From: Thiobacillus denitrificans
GTDB taxonomy: Bacteria > Pseudomonadota > Gammaproteobacteria > Burkholderiales > Thiobacillaceae
Assembly (NCBI GenBank): GCA_002403375.1
Contig: DHHQ01000027.1
Span: forward strand, 142,401 to 206,400
DNA length: 64,000 nt
Reading direction: 5' to 3'
In this document: piece after piece, positions 55,744 through 64,000 of the stretch
Layout: each line of letters starts with the position of its first letter
How positions within the stretch are numbered: position 1 is the stretch's first letter
Notes under the pieces: model-generated
Told to the model about the DNA's origin: nothing
The model's input: the letters and a program-made list of their open reading frames with translations, nothing else
The model's database searches: none
Position numbers and translations under genes: made by a program

Positions 55744-55905
55744 GCGTGCGCAGCCCCGCCACGGCCGGCTATCGTCGGACGGTGCCTGGCGCTACACTTG
55801 CCAACCGTCTGCTCCGCGAAGTCGGCGCCGCAACCGCGCGGCAGGCGACATGGCGGTCGCGATGGGCCACTGCCTGCCAACGTCAATCCTCAGGCTGAAA
55901 ACCGA

Positions 55906-56754
55906 ATGACTACCCGACAGGGCACAAGACTGAAATTCACCAAGATGCAGGGGCTCGGCAACGACTTCGTCGTGTTCGACGGCGTCAGCCAGTCGGTGGC
56001 GCTCACCCCCGAGCAGTGCCGCCGCATCGCCGACCGCCACTTCGGGGTCGGCTGCGACCAGATCCTGCTGGTCGAAAGGCCGACGCTTCCCGACGTCGAC
56101 TTCCGCTACCGCATCTTCAACGCCGACGGCGGCGAGGTCGAGCAGTGCGGCAACGGCGCGCGCTGCTTCGTGCGCTTCGTGCACGACAAGGGGCTGACCG
56201 ACAAGACCGCGATCCGCGTGGAAACCGCGTCCGGCGTGATCGAGCCGCGCCTGCTCGCCGACGGGCAGGTCACCGTCGACATGGGCGCGCCGCGCTTCGC
56301 GCCCGCCGAGATTCCGTTCGCCGCCGAGGCCGAGGCGCTGACCTACCCGCTCAAGGTCGGCCAGCACGTGATCGAGATCGCCGTCGTGTCGATGGGCAAC
56401 CCGCACGCGGTGCTCAAGGTCAACGACCTCGACAGCGCGCCGGTGGACATCCTCGGCGCCGCGATCGAGTCGCACCAGCGCTTCCCGCAGCGCGTCAACG
56501 CCGGCTTCATGCAGGTGCTCACCGCCCACGACATCCGCCTGCGCGTCTACGAGCGCGGCGCCGGCGAGACGCTCGCCTGCGGCACCGGCGCGTGTGCCGC
56601 CGCGGTCGCCGGCATCCGCCAGGGCTGGCTCGCGAGCCCCGTCCACGTGCACACCCGCGGCGGCGACCTCGTCATCGAATGGGCGGGCGCCGGCCAGCCC
56701 GTGTACATGACCGGCCCCGCCGTCACCGTATTTGAAGGAGAAATCGAACTCTGA
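55906..56754 (+). CDS. dapF: Diaminopimelate epimerase
   Basis: [34 protein letters not shown]. Confidence 0.96.
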   Translation: MTTRQGTRLKFTKMQGLGNDFVVFDGVSQSVALTPEQCRRIADRHFGVGCDQILLVERPTLPDVDFRYRIFNADGGEVEQCGNGARCFVRFVHDKGLTDKTAIRVETASGVIEPRLLADGQVTVDMGAPRFAPAEIPFAAEAEALTYPLKVGQHVIEIAVVSMGNPHAVLKVNDLDSAPVDILGAAIESHQRFPQRVNAGFMQVLTAHDIRLRVYERGAGETLACGTGACAAAVAGIRQGWLASPVHVHTRGGDLVIEWAGAGQPVYMTGPAVTVFEGEIEL

Positions 56755-57431
56755 TGGACATGCAGCCCTCCCCCCTCGATCCCCGGGCCGTCGCAGAATT
56801 CCTCACCCGGCATCCGAACTTCTTCAACGAGTTCCCCGCCCTGCTGACGGACCTGCACATCCCGCATCCGCACGGCACCCACGCGGTGTCGATGAGCGAG
56901 CGCCAGCTGATCGCGATGCGCGACAAGGTGCGCCTGCTGGAGAACAAGCTCGCCGAGCTGATCCAGTTCGGTGAAGAGAACGACGCCATTTCCGACAAGC
57001 TGCACGCGCTGACGCTCGCGCTGCTCGCTTCGCCGACGCCGCAGGAACTCGCCGCCGCGCTCGCGCTGCACCTGCGCGAGGGCTTCGCGGTGCCGCATCA
57101 CGCGCTGCGCGCGTGGAACCTGCCGGAAGGCAGCGCGCCCGGCGTCTCCGACCCGGTCGCGCCGGCCACGCGCGACAGCGTGACGGCGATGGCACAGCCC
57201 GCCTGCGGTCCGCTCGCGGTGGAGGACGCAGCCGCCTGGTTCGGCGAGGTGGCGCCCCACCTGCGTGCCTTCGCCAGCATTCCGCTGCGCCCGGCGGCCC
57301 ACGTGGCGCCGGTCGGCCTGCTGGTGCTGGCGTCCGAAGAGCCCAAGCGCTTCTATCCCGGGATGGGGACGCTGTATCTGGAACGCCTGGGGCAGCTCGT
57401 CGGCGCCGCGCTGGTGCGGATGCAGGGCTGA
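56754..57431 (+). CDS. DUF484 (YigA-like) protein
   Basis: VAEFLTRHPNFF, SERQL, FYPGMGTLYL; dapF-DUF484-xerC order. Confidence 0.88.
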   Translation: MDMQPSPLDPRAVAEFLTRHPNFFNEFPALLTDLHIPHPHGTHAVSMSERQLIAMRDKVRLLENKLAELIQFGEENDAISDKLHALTLALLASPTPQELAAALALHLREGFAVPHHALRAWNLPEGSAPGVSDPVAPATRDSVTAMAQPACGPLAVEDAAAWFGEVAPHLRAFASIPLRPAAHVAPVGLLVLASEEPKRFYPGMGTLYLERLGQLVGAALVRMQG

Positions 57432-57439
57432 TCCGGGCG

Positions 57440-58327
57440 GTGGACGCGGTCGCGCAGTACCTGCAGCACCTCGCCGCCGAACGGCGGCTGTCGCCGCACA
57501 CCGTCGAGGCCTACCAGCGCGACCTCGACAATCTGTCCAGGCTGACCGCGGGCAAGCCGCTCGCCGAACTCACGGTCACCGACATCCGCGGCGCCATCGT
57601 CAGGCTGCGCAGCCAGGCCCTCGCCGCGACCAGCCTGGCGCGGCAGCTGTCGAGCTGGCGCGGCTTCTACACGTACGCCTGCCGGCGGCTGGGCTTCACC
57701 GGCAACCCCTGCACCGGCCTGCGTCCGCCCAAGGCAGGCAAGAAACTTCCCGAGATCCTGTCGCCCGACGCCTGCGCGCGGCTGCTCGACACGGAGGCGC
57801 CCGCCCAGGGCGACGCTGCGCTGGCCGCCCGCGACCGCGCGATGTTCGAGTTGTTCTATTCGTCGGGATTGCGGCTGGCCGAGCTCGCCGGCATCGACCT
57901 CGGCGACGTCGACCTGCAATCCGGCGAGGCGAAGGTCACCGGCAAGGGGCGCAAGACGCGCATCGTTCCGGTCGGCCGGCAGGCGCTCGACGCGCTGGCC
58001 GCCTGGCTGCCGCAGCGGCAGCAGCTGGCGCGCGACACCGCCGCGCTTTTCGTCGGCCAGCGCGGCACCCGCCTGAGCCCGCGCAGCATCCAGCTGCGGC
58101 TCGACCGCTGGGCACGCCAGGCGGGACTCGGCCAGCACGTGCACCCGCACATGCTGCGCCACGCCTTCGCCACCCACGTGCTGCAATCGTCGGGCGACCT
58201 GCGCGCGGTGCAGGAGATGCTCGGCCACGCCAGCATCAGCACCACCCAGGTCTACACGCACCTCGACTGGCAGCACCTCGCCAAGGTTTACGACCAGGCG
58301 CATCCGCGCGCCCGCAAGAAGGGCTGA
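57440..58327 (+). CDS. xerC: Tyrosine recombinase XerC
   Basis: SGLRLAEL, VTGKGRKTR, HPHMLRHAFATH, LGHASISTTQVYT. Confidence 0.93.
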   Translation: MDAVAQYLQHLAAERRLSPHTVEAYQRDLDNLSRLTAGKPLAELTVTDIRGAIVRLRSQALAATSLARQLSSWRGFYTYACRRLGFTGNPCTGLRPPKAGKKLPEILSPDACARLLDTEAPAQGDAALAARDRAMFELFYSSGLRLAELAGIDLGDVDLQSGEAKVTGKGRKTRIVPVGRQALDALAAWLPQRQQLARDTAALFVGQRGTRLSPRSIQLRLDRWARQAGLGQHVHPHMLRHAFATHVLQSSGDLRAVQEMLGHASISTTQVYTHLDWQHLAKVYDQAHPRARKKG

Positions 58328-58330
58328 GCG

Positions 58331-59140
58331 TCAGTCGATCTTGATGTCGGTGATGCCGGGCGCCGGATCCGGATAGCGCATCTTCAGGCCTTCCAGCGTC
58401 TCGATCAGCAGGCTCGACACCATCAGGTTGCGCGCCAGCTTGCTGTTCGCCGGGATCACGTGCCACGGCGCGTAATCGGTGCTGGTCGCCGCCAGCGCGT
58501 CCCCGTAGGCGTCCATGTAGTCGTCCCACTGCGCGCGGACCGGCAGGTCGCCCGGCTGGAATTTCCACTGCTTCTGCGGGTTGTCGCGGCGCTCCTCGAG
58601 ACGCTTCTTCTGCTCGTCCTTCGAGATGTGCAGATAGAACTTGCGGATCGTGGTGCCGGTTTCCGCGAGCATCCGCTCGAAGTCGTTGATCTGCCGGTAG
58701 CGCCGCTTGCACTCGTCCTTGTCGATCCAGCCGTTGACCCGGGTGACCAGCACGTCCTCGTAGTGCGAACGGTTGAATATGGCGATCTCGCCGGCACCCG
58801 GCACGTGGTGGTGCACCCGCCACAGGTAGTCGCGCGCCAGCTCGTAATGGGTCGGCGCCCTGAAGCCCGCGACCTTGACGCCGAGCGGGTCGACACCTTG
58901 GAACACGTGGCGGATCGTCGAATCCTTGCCGGCCGTGTCCATCGCCTGCAGCACGACCAGCAGCTTGTTCCTGCCCTCCGCGTAGAGCAGCTCCTGCAGG
59001 GTTTCGAGCCGGGCGCGGTAGGTGTCGAGCTGCTCGCGCGCATCCGACTTGTCCTTGCCGATGACGTCGGTATCGTCGGGATTCCATTTCGACAGCTTCA
59101 CCTTGCTGCCGGGTTCGATGCGGGTATCGGTGGGCTTCAC
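58331..59140 (-). CDS. Polyphosphate kinase 2 family protein
   Basis: QAMDTAGKD Walker A, FNRSHYEDVL, YLHISKDEQ, PWHVIPANSK. Confidence 0.92.
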   Translation of the reverse strand: MKPTDTRIEPGSKVKLSKWNPDDTDVIGKDKSDAREQLDTYRARLETLQELLYAEGRNKLLVVLQAMDTAGKDSTIRHVFQGVDPLGVKVAGFRAPTHYELARDYLWRVHHHVPGAGEIAIFNRSHYEDVLVTRVNGWIDKDECKRRYRQINDFERMLAETGTTIRKFYLHISKDEQKKRLEERRDNPQKQWKFQPGDLPVRAQWDDYMDAYGDALAATSTDYAPWHVIPANSKLARNLMVSSLLIETLEGLKMRYPDPAPGITDIKID

Positions 59141-59691
59141 AGGGTCTCCTTCGGGGGAATCAGGGTGATCCAGCCGCCCAGCGCGCTGCGGATCTCGTCG
59201 AGCGTGAGATGCCGCATCAGCGCGCGGTTGCCGGGCGCCATCTGGTTCCAGGCGCAGCGCAGGGCGCGCAGTTCCGGCTGCGCCGAATCGCGCAGGCGGA
59301 ACTCGGTAATGAAATAGAGGAAGCTCGGGTCGCCGTCGTCGTCGACGTAGCGCGCCTTGACCAGACCAGGCGTCGCGCCGGCGGTGACCGGATTGATGCT
59401 GCGCGTCACCCGCCACACCTCGAAGCGCCCGGGCTGCAGGACCTGCGGCGCGGCGCGCACCGTGTCGAGCTCGACGACGCAGAACGGGTCCTGCTCCTGC
59501 ACGCTGTTGCGCGGCACGATGCGGCCGTATTGCAGGCGCACCGTCGCCTCGCCCGGCGGGATCGTCAGCGGCCGGTGGAGCGCCGCCGCCCAGCCGGTGG
59601 TCCAGGCGTAGTGCGGCGAGGCCGGGTCCGGGGATTCGAGTCCCGCACAGCCACCTAGAAGCAACGCCAGTCCAAGTCCGATCGCTTTCAT
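59137..59691 (-). CDS. Lipoprotein of unknown function
   Basis: MKAIGLGLALLLGGC lipobox; two further Cys; stop overlaps the ppk2 start. Confidence 0.75.
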   Translation of the reverse strand: MKAIGLGLALLLGGCAGLESPDPASPHYAWTTGWAAALHRPLTIPPGEATVRLQYGRIVPRNSVQEQDPFCVVELDTVRAAPQVLQPGRFEVWRVTRSINPVTAGATPGLVKARYVDDDGDPSFLYFITEFRLRDSAQPELRALRCAWNQMAPGNRALMRHLTLDEIRSALGGWITLIPPKETL

Positions 59692-59723
59692 CTGCGCCTC
59701 CATGCTATGGAATGTAGACGCTG

Positions 59724-62700
59724 TTACTCGGGCCTGACGCGGAACCACGCCGCATAGAGCGCCGGCAGGAAGAACAGCGTCAGCAGCGTCGCCGCGATCA
59801 GCCCGCCCATCACCGCCACCGCCATCGGCCCCCAGAAGATCGAGCGCGACAGCGGGATCATCGCCAGCACCGCCGCCGCCGCGGTGAGGCTGATCGGGCG
59901 CATGCGCCGCACCGTCGACTCGATGATCGCGTCCCACTGCGACAGGCCGCGGGCGATGTCCTGGCGGATCTGGTCGACCAGGATCACCGAGTTGCGCATG
60001 ATCATGCCGGCCAGCGAAATGATGCCCAGAAGCGCGACGAAGCCCATCGGCCGGCCGCTCACCAGGAGCGCGATCGCCACGCCGATGAGGCCGAGCGGTG
60101 CGGTCAGCACCACCAGCATCGAGCGCGAGAAGCTGCCGAGCTGCAGCATCAGCAGCGTCAGCGTGGTGATCACGATCAGCGGCCACGATGCGCCGATCGC
60201 AACGTTCGCCTTGGCGCTGCTTTCGACCGGCCCGCCGATCTCGATCCGGAACCCCTGCGGCAACTGCGCCGCGAACTGCGCGACCTGCGGCGCGATCGCA
60301 TCGATGATCGTCGCCGGCTGCGTGCTGCCGACCGGGTCGCCGCGCACGGTGATCGTCGGCAGGCGGTCGCGCCGCCAGATCACGCCGTCCTCGAAGACGG
60401 GCTCGAAGGTGGCGATCTGCCCCAGCGTCACGCTCCGGCCGTCGAAGCGCCCGATCGGAAGCGCCTTCAGCGCGTCGACGTCGCGATGCTCGTGGCGCGG
60501 CGTGCGCAGCACCACGTCGATCAGCAGGTCGTCCTCGCGGAACTGGGTCGCGGCCACGCCGGAGAGCTGCAGCGCGACCAGCCGCCCGACCGCATCGGAG
60601 CTCAGGCCGAGCGCCTTGATCTTGTCCTGGTCGAGCTGCGCCCTCACCGCCAGCGACTGCTCGTTCCAGTCGAGGTTCACCGCGGTCACCTGCGGATGCG
60701 CGGCGAGGATGCGGCGCAGCGTCTCGGCCTCAGTCTTGAGCCGGGGGATGTCGCTGCCGGACAGCCGGTACTGCACCGGATAGCCCGCCGGCGGACCATA
60801 CTCGAAGCGCACCGCGCGACCGCGCACGTTGGGAAAGTCGCTGTCGAACAGCGAGCGCAGCCGCGTGACGATGCGCTCGCGCGCCGCCACGTCCTGGGCG
60901 ATCACCACCAGCTGCGCGAAGTTGCGGTTGGCGAGCCGCTGGTCGAGGCCGAGCACGAAGCGCGGCGCGCCCTGGCCGATGTAGTTGAGCACGTGCGCCA
61001 CGTCCTCGTCCTGCCGCAGCAGCGTTTCGAGCCGCACCGCCTCGGCGTGCGTCGCCTCGTACGAGGCCCCCTCGGGCAGCCACATCTCGACCAGCACCTC
61101 GAGCCGGTCGGACGCGGGAAAGAACTGCTTCTCGACGCGCTGCATCGCCGCCACCCCGACCGCGAGCGCGACGACGGTCAGCCCGATCACGCTCCAGCGC
61201 CGCGCCACGCACCAGGTGACCGCGGCGCGGAAACGCCTGTAGAACGGCGTGCGGTAGGCGTCGTCCTCGTTCTCGACCGCGTGCCCCGGCTTCAGCAGCG
61301 CGTGCCCGAAATACGGGGTGACGACGACCGCGACCACCCACGACGCCAGCAGCGCGATCGTCGTCACTGCGAAGATCGCGAAGGTGTATTCGCCCACCAT
61401 CGACTTGGCGAGCGCGATCGGCAGGAAGGCGGTGGCGGTCAGCAGGGTGCCGGTCAGCATCGGAAACGCGGTCGACTGGAACGCGTAGGTCGCCGCCTCG
61501 AAGCGCCCCCACCCCGCCTCGAGCTTGTGGGCCATCATTTCCACCGCGATGATGGCGTCGTCGACCAGCAGGCCGAGCGCGATGATGAGCGCGCCGGTCG
61601 AGATGCGGTGCAGGTCGATGCCGAACAGCCACATCGCGGTGAAGGTGATCGCCAGCACCACCGGGATCGACAGCATGACCACCAGGCCGGCGCGCCACTT
61701 CAGCGCCAGGAAGGTCACCGCCAGCACGATCGCGAGCGCCTCGGCGAACGCCTTCATGAACAGCCCCACCGACTTCTTGACGATGCGCGGCTGGTCGTGG
61801 ATCTGCTCGATCTCCAGCCCCACCGGCAGGGTCTGCTGCAGCGTCTCGATGGTGGCCGCGACGTCGCGCCCCAGCGCCAGCACGTCGCCGCCGTCGGCGA
61901 GCGACACGCCGAGCAGCACGGCGGGCTCGCCCTGCGAGCGGATCTCGGCGGCCGGCGGATCCTCGTAGCGCCGCGTCACCTCGGCGATATCGCCGAGGCG
62001 CAGGCTGCGCGTCCCCACCCGGATGATGGTCTCGCGCAGGCGTTCGACGTCGGCATACGGCCCCGACACCCTGAGCGGAATCGACAGCGTGGCGTTGTCG
62101 ACGCGGCCGTTCGCCACCACGCCGTTCTGCTCCTGCACCGCCTGCACGATTTCCTGCGGCGTCACGCCGAGGGTGGCGAGCTTCTGTACCGGCACCTCGA
62201 TGTAGAGCTTCTCCGGCACGATGCCGAACAGCTCGACCTTGCCGACGTTGGGCAGCCGCCGTACCTCGCGCTGCGCGTCCTCCGCCACGCGCCTGAGCTC
62301 GGCGCGCGTGAAGCCGTCGCCGGTGAAGGCGTAGATCGAGCCGAAGGTGTCGCCGAATTCGTCGTTGAAGAACGGCCCCTGCACACCGGCCGGCAGCTGC
62401 GGCCCGAGGTCGCCGACCTTCTTGCGGATCCGGTACCACGCCTCGGCCACGTCGCGGCCGCGCACGGTCTCCTTGAGATTGACGAACAGCGCGGTCTCGC
62501 CCGGCTTGGCGTAGCTCTGCACGAAGTCGAGCTCGGGCATTTCCTGCAGTTTCTTCTCGATGCGCTCGGTGAGCTGCTCCGACACCTCCTGCGCGGTGGC
62601 GCCCGGCCACTGCGCCTGAATCAGCATGGTCTTGAAGGTGAACGGCGGGTCCTCCGCCTGGCCGAGACCGAAATACGCGCGCACCCCGAGCAGCAGGATG

Positions 62701-62792
62701 AGCACGACGAAGAAGCGCAGCAGCGCGGGATGCTCGATCGCCCAGCGCGACAGGTTGCCGCGCCCGGGCACGAAATTCGGCGCAGCGCTCAT
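59724..62792 (-). CDS. RND efflux permease (AcrB/AcrD/AcrF family)
   Basis: AEDPPF, GLLVDDAII, RMRPISLTAAAAVLAMIPL; about 1020 aa. Confidence 0.93.
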   Translation of the reverse strand: MSAAPNFVPGRGNLSRWAIEHPALLRFFVVLILLLGVRAYFGLGQAEDPPFTFKTMLIQAQWPGATAQEVSEQLTERIEKKLQEMPELDFVQSYAKPGETALFVNLKETVRGRDVAEAWYRIRKKVGDLGPQLPAGVQGPFFNDEFGDTFGSIYAFTGDGFTRAELRRVAEDAQREVRRLPNVGKVELFGIVPEKLYIEVPVQKLATLGVTPQEIVQAVQEQNGVVANGRVDNATLSIPLRVSGPYADVERLRETIIRVGTRSLRLGDIAEVTRRYEDPPAAEIRSQGEPAVLLGVSLADGGDVLALGRDVAATIETLQQTLPVGLEIEQIHDQPRIVKKSVGLFMKAFAEALAIVLAVTFLALKWRAGLVVMLSIPVVLAITFTAMWLFGIDLHRISTGALIIALGLLVDDAIIAVEMMAHKLEAGWGRFEAATYAFQSTAFPMLTGTLLTATAFLPIALAKSMVGEYTFAIFAVTTIALLASWVVAVVVTPYFGHALLKPGHAVENEDDAYRTPFYRRFRAAVTWCVARRWSVIGLTVVALAVGVAAMQRVEKQFFPASDRLEVLVEMWLPEGASYEATHAEAVRLETLLRQDEDVAHVLNYIGQGAPRFVLGLDQRLANRNFAQLVVIAQDVAARERIVTRLRSLFDSDFPNVRGRAVRFEYGPPAGYPVQYRLSGSDIPRLKTEAETLRRILAAHPQVTAVNLDWNEQSLAVRAQLDQDKIKALGLSSDAVGRLVALQLSGVAATQFREDDLLIDVVLRTPRHEHRDVDALKALPIGRFDGRSVTLGQIATFEPVFEDGVIWRRDRLPTITVRGDPVGSTQPATIIDAIAPQVAQFAAQLPQGFRIEIGGPVESSAKANVAIGASWPLIVITTLTLLMLQLGSFSRSMLVVLTAPLGLIGVAIALLVSGRPMGFVALLGIISLAGMIMRNSVILVDQIRQDIARGLSQWDAIIESTVRRMRPISLTAAAAVLAMIPLSRSIFWGPMAVAVMGGLIAATLLTLFFLPALYAAWFRVRPE

Positions 62793-63859
62793 TGCCGCGG
62801 CTCGACCAGGCGTACCGTCTGTCCCGGCGCCAGCTTGTGCACGCCTGCGGTCACCACCCATTCGCCGGCGGCGAGTCCCGACACGATCGTCGCGCGCTCG
62901 CCGGCCAGCGCGCCCAGCTCGACGCCGCGCGCGGCCACCTTTCCCGTCTGCCGGTCGACCACCCAGACCTGGGGCTCGCCGTTGACCCGGAACAGTGCGC
63001 TCTGCGCGACCGAAAGTCCCGAAGCCGGTTCGCGACCGGCTTCCACCGTCGCGGTCATGCCGAGCTTCACCGCGTCGTCGGGCTTCGCGAGGCTCACGCG
63101 CGCGCTGTAGGTGCGGCTCGCCGCGTCGGCCATCGGCGAGAGCTCGCGCAGCCGCCCGGCGTAGGTCCGGTCCGGCAGCGACCACAGCCGCACCGTCAGC
63201 GACTTCGCGGCGCGCAGTTCGTCGAGCGCGTTCTCCGGCACGTCGATGCGCACCTCCAGCTCGCCGCGGCGCGCCAGCTGCGCCAGCGGCTGTCCGGCGG
63301 CCACCACCTGCCCGGCCTCGAAGTCGATCGCCGTCACCACCCCTGCATGCGGCGCGGTGAGCCGCGTGTAGGCCTGCTGGTTGCGCTGGCCCGCAGCGTC
63401 CGCCTGCAGCTGGGCAACCCGCGCCTGCGCCGCATCGGCGACGGCGCGCCGGCGGTCGAGCTCGGCCTGGGAAATGAAATTCTGCGCGCGCAATTCGGTG
63501 AACCGTTCCAGGTCCTGGCGGGCGAGTTTCGCCTCGGCCTCGGCTGCGGCGAGCTGCGCCTCGACGGCCTGCACCGCCAGAGCGTAGTCCTGCGGGTCGA
63601 GCGTGGCGATCACCTGCCCTGCCTGCACGGTCGTGCCGACCTCCACCAGGCGCGCGCTGACGCGTCCGCCCACGCGGAAGGCGAGCGCCGTCTCGTGGCG
63701 CGCACGGATTTCGCCGGCGTAGCGGGCGGGCGTGGCGTCGCTGCCGGCGGCGACCTGCTCGGCACGCACCGGCCGGACGTCGGCAGGCGGAGGCGGCGCC
63801 TGGCGCTCGCAGCCGACGACCAGCGCGAGGAGAACGAGGGGGATCAGATGGCTTCGCAT
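62789..63859 (-). CDS. RND membrane fusion protein
   Basis: Lipobox VVGC, LAFRVGG, LTAPHAGVV, GQVVAAGQP. Confidence 0.92.
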   Translation of the reverse strand: MRSHLIPLVLLALVVGCERQAPPPPADVRPVRAEQVAAGSDATPARYAGEIRARHETALAFRVGGRVSARLVEVGTTVQAGQVIATLDPQDYALAVQAVEAQLAAAEAEAKLARQDLERFTELRAQNFISQAELDRRRAVADAAQARVAQLQADAAGQRNQQAYTRLTAPHAGVVTAIDFEAGQVVAAGQPLAQLARRGELEVRIDVPENALDELRAAKSLTVRLWSLPDRTYAGRLRELSPMADAASRTYSARVSLAKPDDAVKLGMTATVEAGREPASGLSVAQSALFRVNGEPQVWVVDRQTGKVAARGVELGALAGERATIVSGLAAGEWVVTAGVHKLAPGQTVRLVEPRQ

Positions 63860-64000
63860 CGGCGGATTATCCTGCAATCGTCGCGCAAACTGCACGGCGT
63901 TCCAGCCCGCGCCCGCGCTCGCGGCTTGCACCTTTTGCGCTTGACGTTCAGACTGCCCCCCTTCGCGCCGCGCCGCCGGCGCACGATCACCCCTTGTTCG

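Noticed and set aside
55744-55905. Nested hairpins upstream of dapF as a lysine-type riboswitch
   Set aside because: Too short and lacking recognisable aptamer motifs; such stems are expected in GC-rich DNA
57440-58327. Tyrosine recombinase as a mobile-element integrase
   Set aside because: dapF-DUF484-xerC is the housekeeping context; no att sites or cargo

Overview
GC-rich betaproteobacterial chromosome segment. Gene content and order are consistent with a Thiobacillus-like sulfur oxidiser (inference, no database search run). 1-12.6 kb holds a reverse-type dissimilatory sulfite reductase operon on the minus strand (dsrABEFHCMKLJOPN plus the 5' part of dsrR). Divergent from dsrA is the most striking module: a 73-aa ORF, an orphan Cas6-like (RAMP) gene with no other cas genes or CRISPR array in the window, a two-copy 23-bp hairpin direct repeat at the 3' end of that gene, and a cysteine-free DsrC paralogue, closed by a terminator. 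A rhodanese, a hypothetical protein and a TauD-like gene follow. Further on are hemA-prfA-prmC; a sigma54/enhancer-driven four-gene cassette (Tat protein, PqqD-like protein, HprK-related kinase, nucleotidyltransferase); grxD; glnA-DUF4124-ntrBC; aroE-mtgA; and a two-partner-secretion (CDI-like) island with a lipase-fold C-terminal tip and three Cys-rich lipoproteins. The rest contains mgtE-msbA-ttcA, the SAM-cycle genes (metK, ahcY, metF) with an SAH riboswitch and a candidate SAM-II-like element, two lipid A acyltransferases, dapF-DUF484-xerC, ppk2 and an RND pump. No tRNA, rRNA, IS element or canonical CRISPR array was seen. Start codons were adjusted by eye from the ORF track where RBS or overlap evidence supported it.
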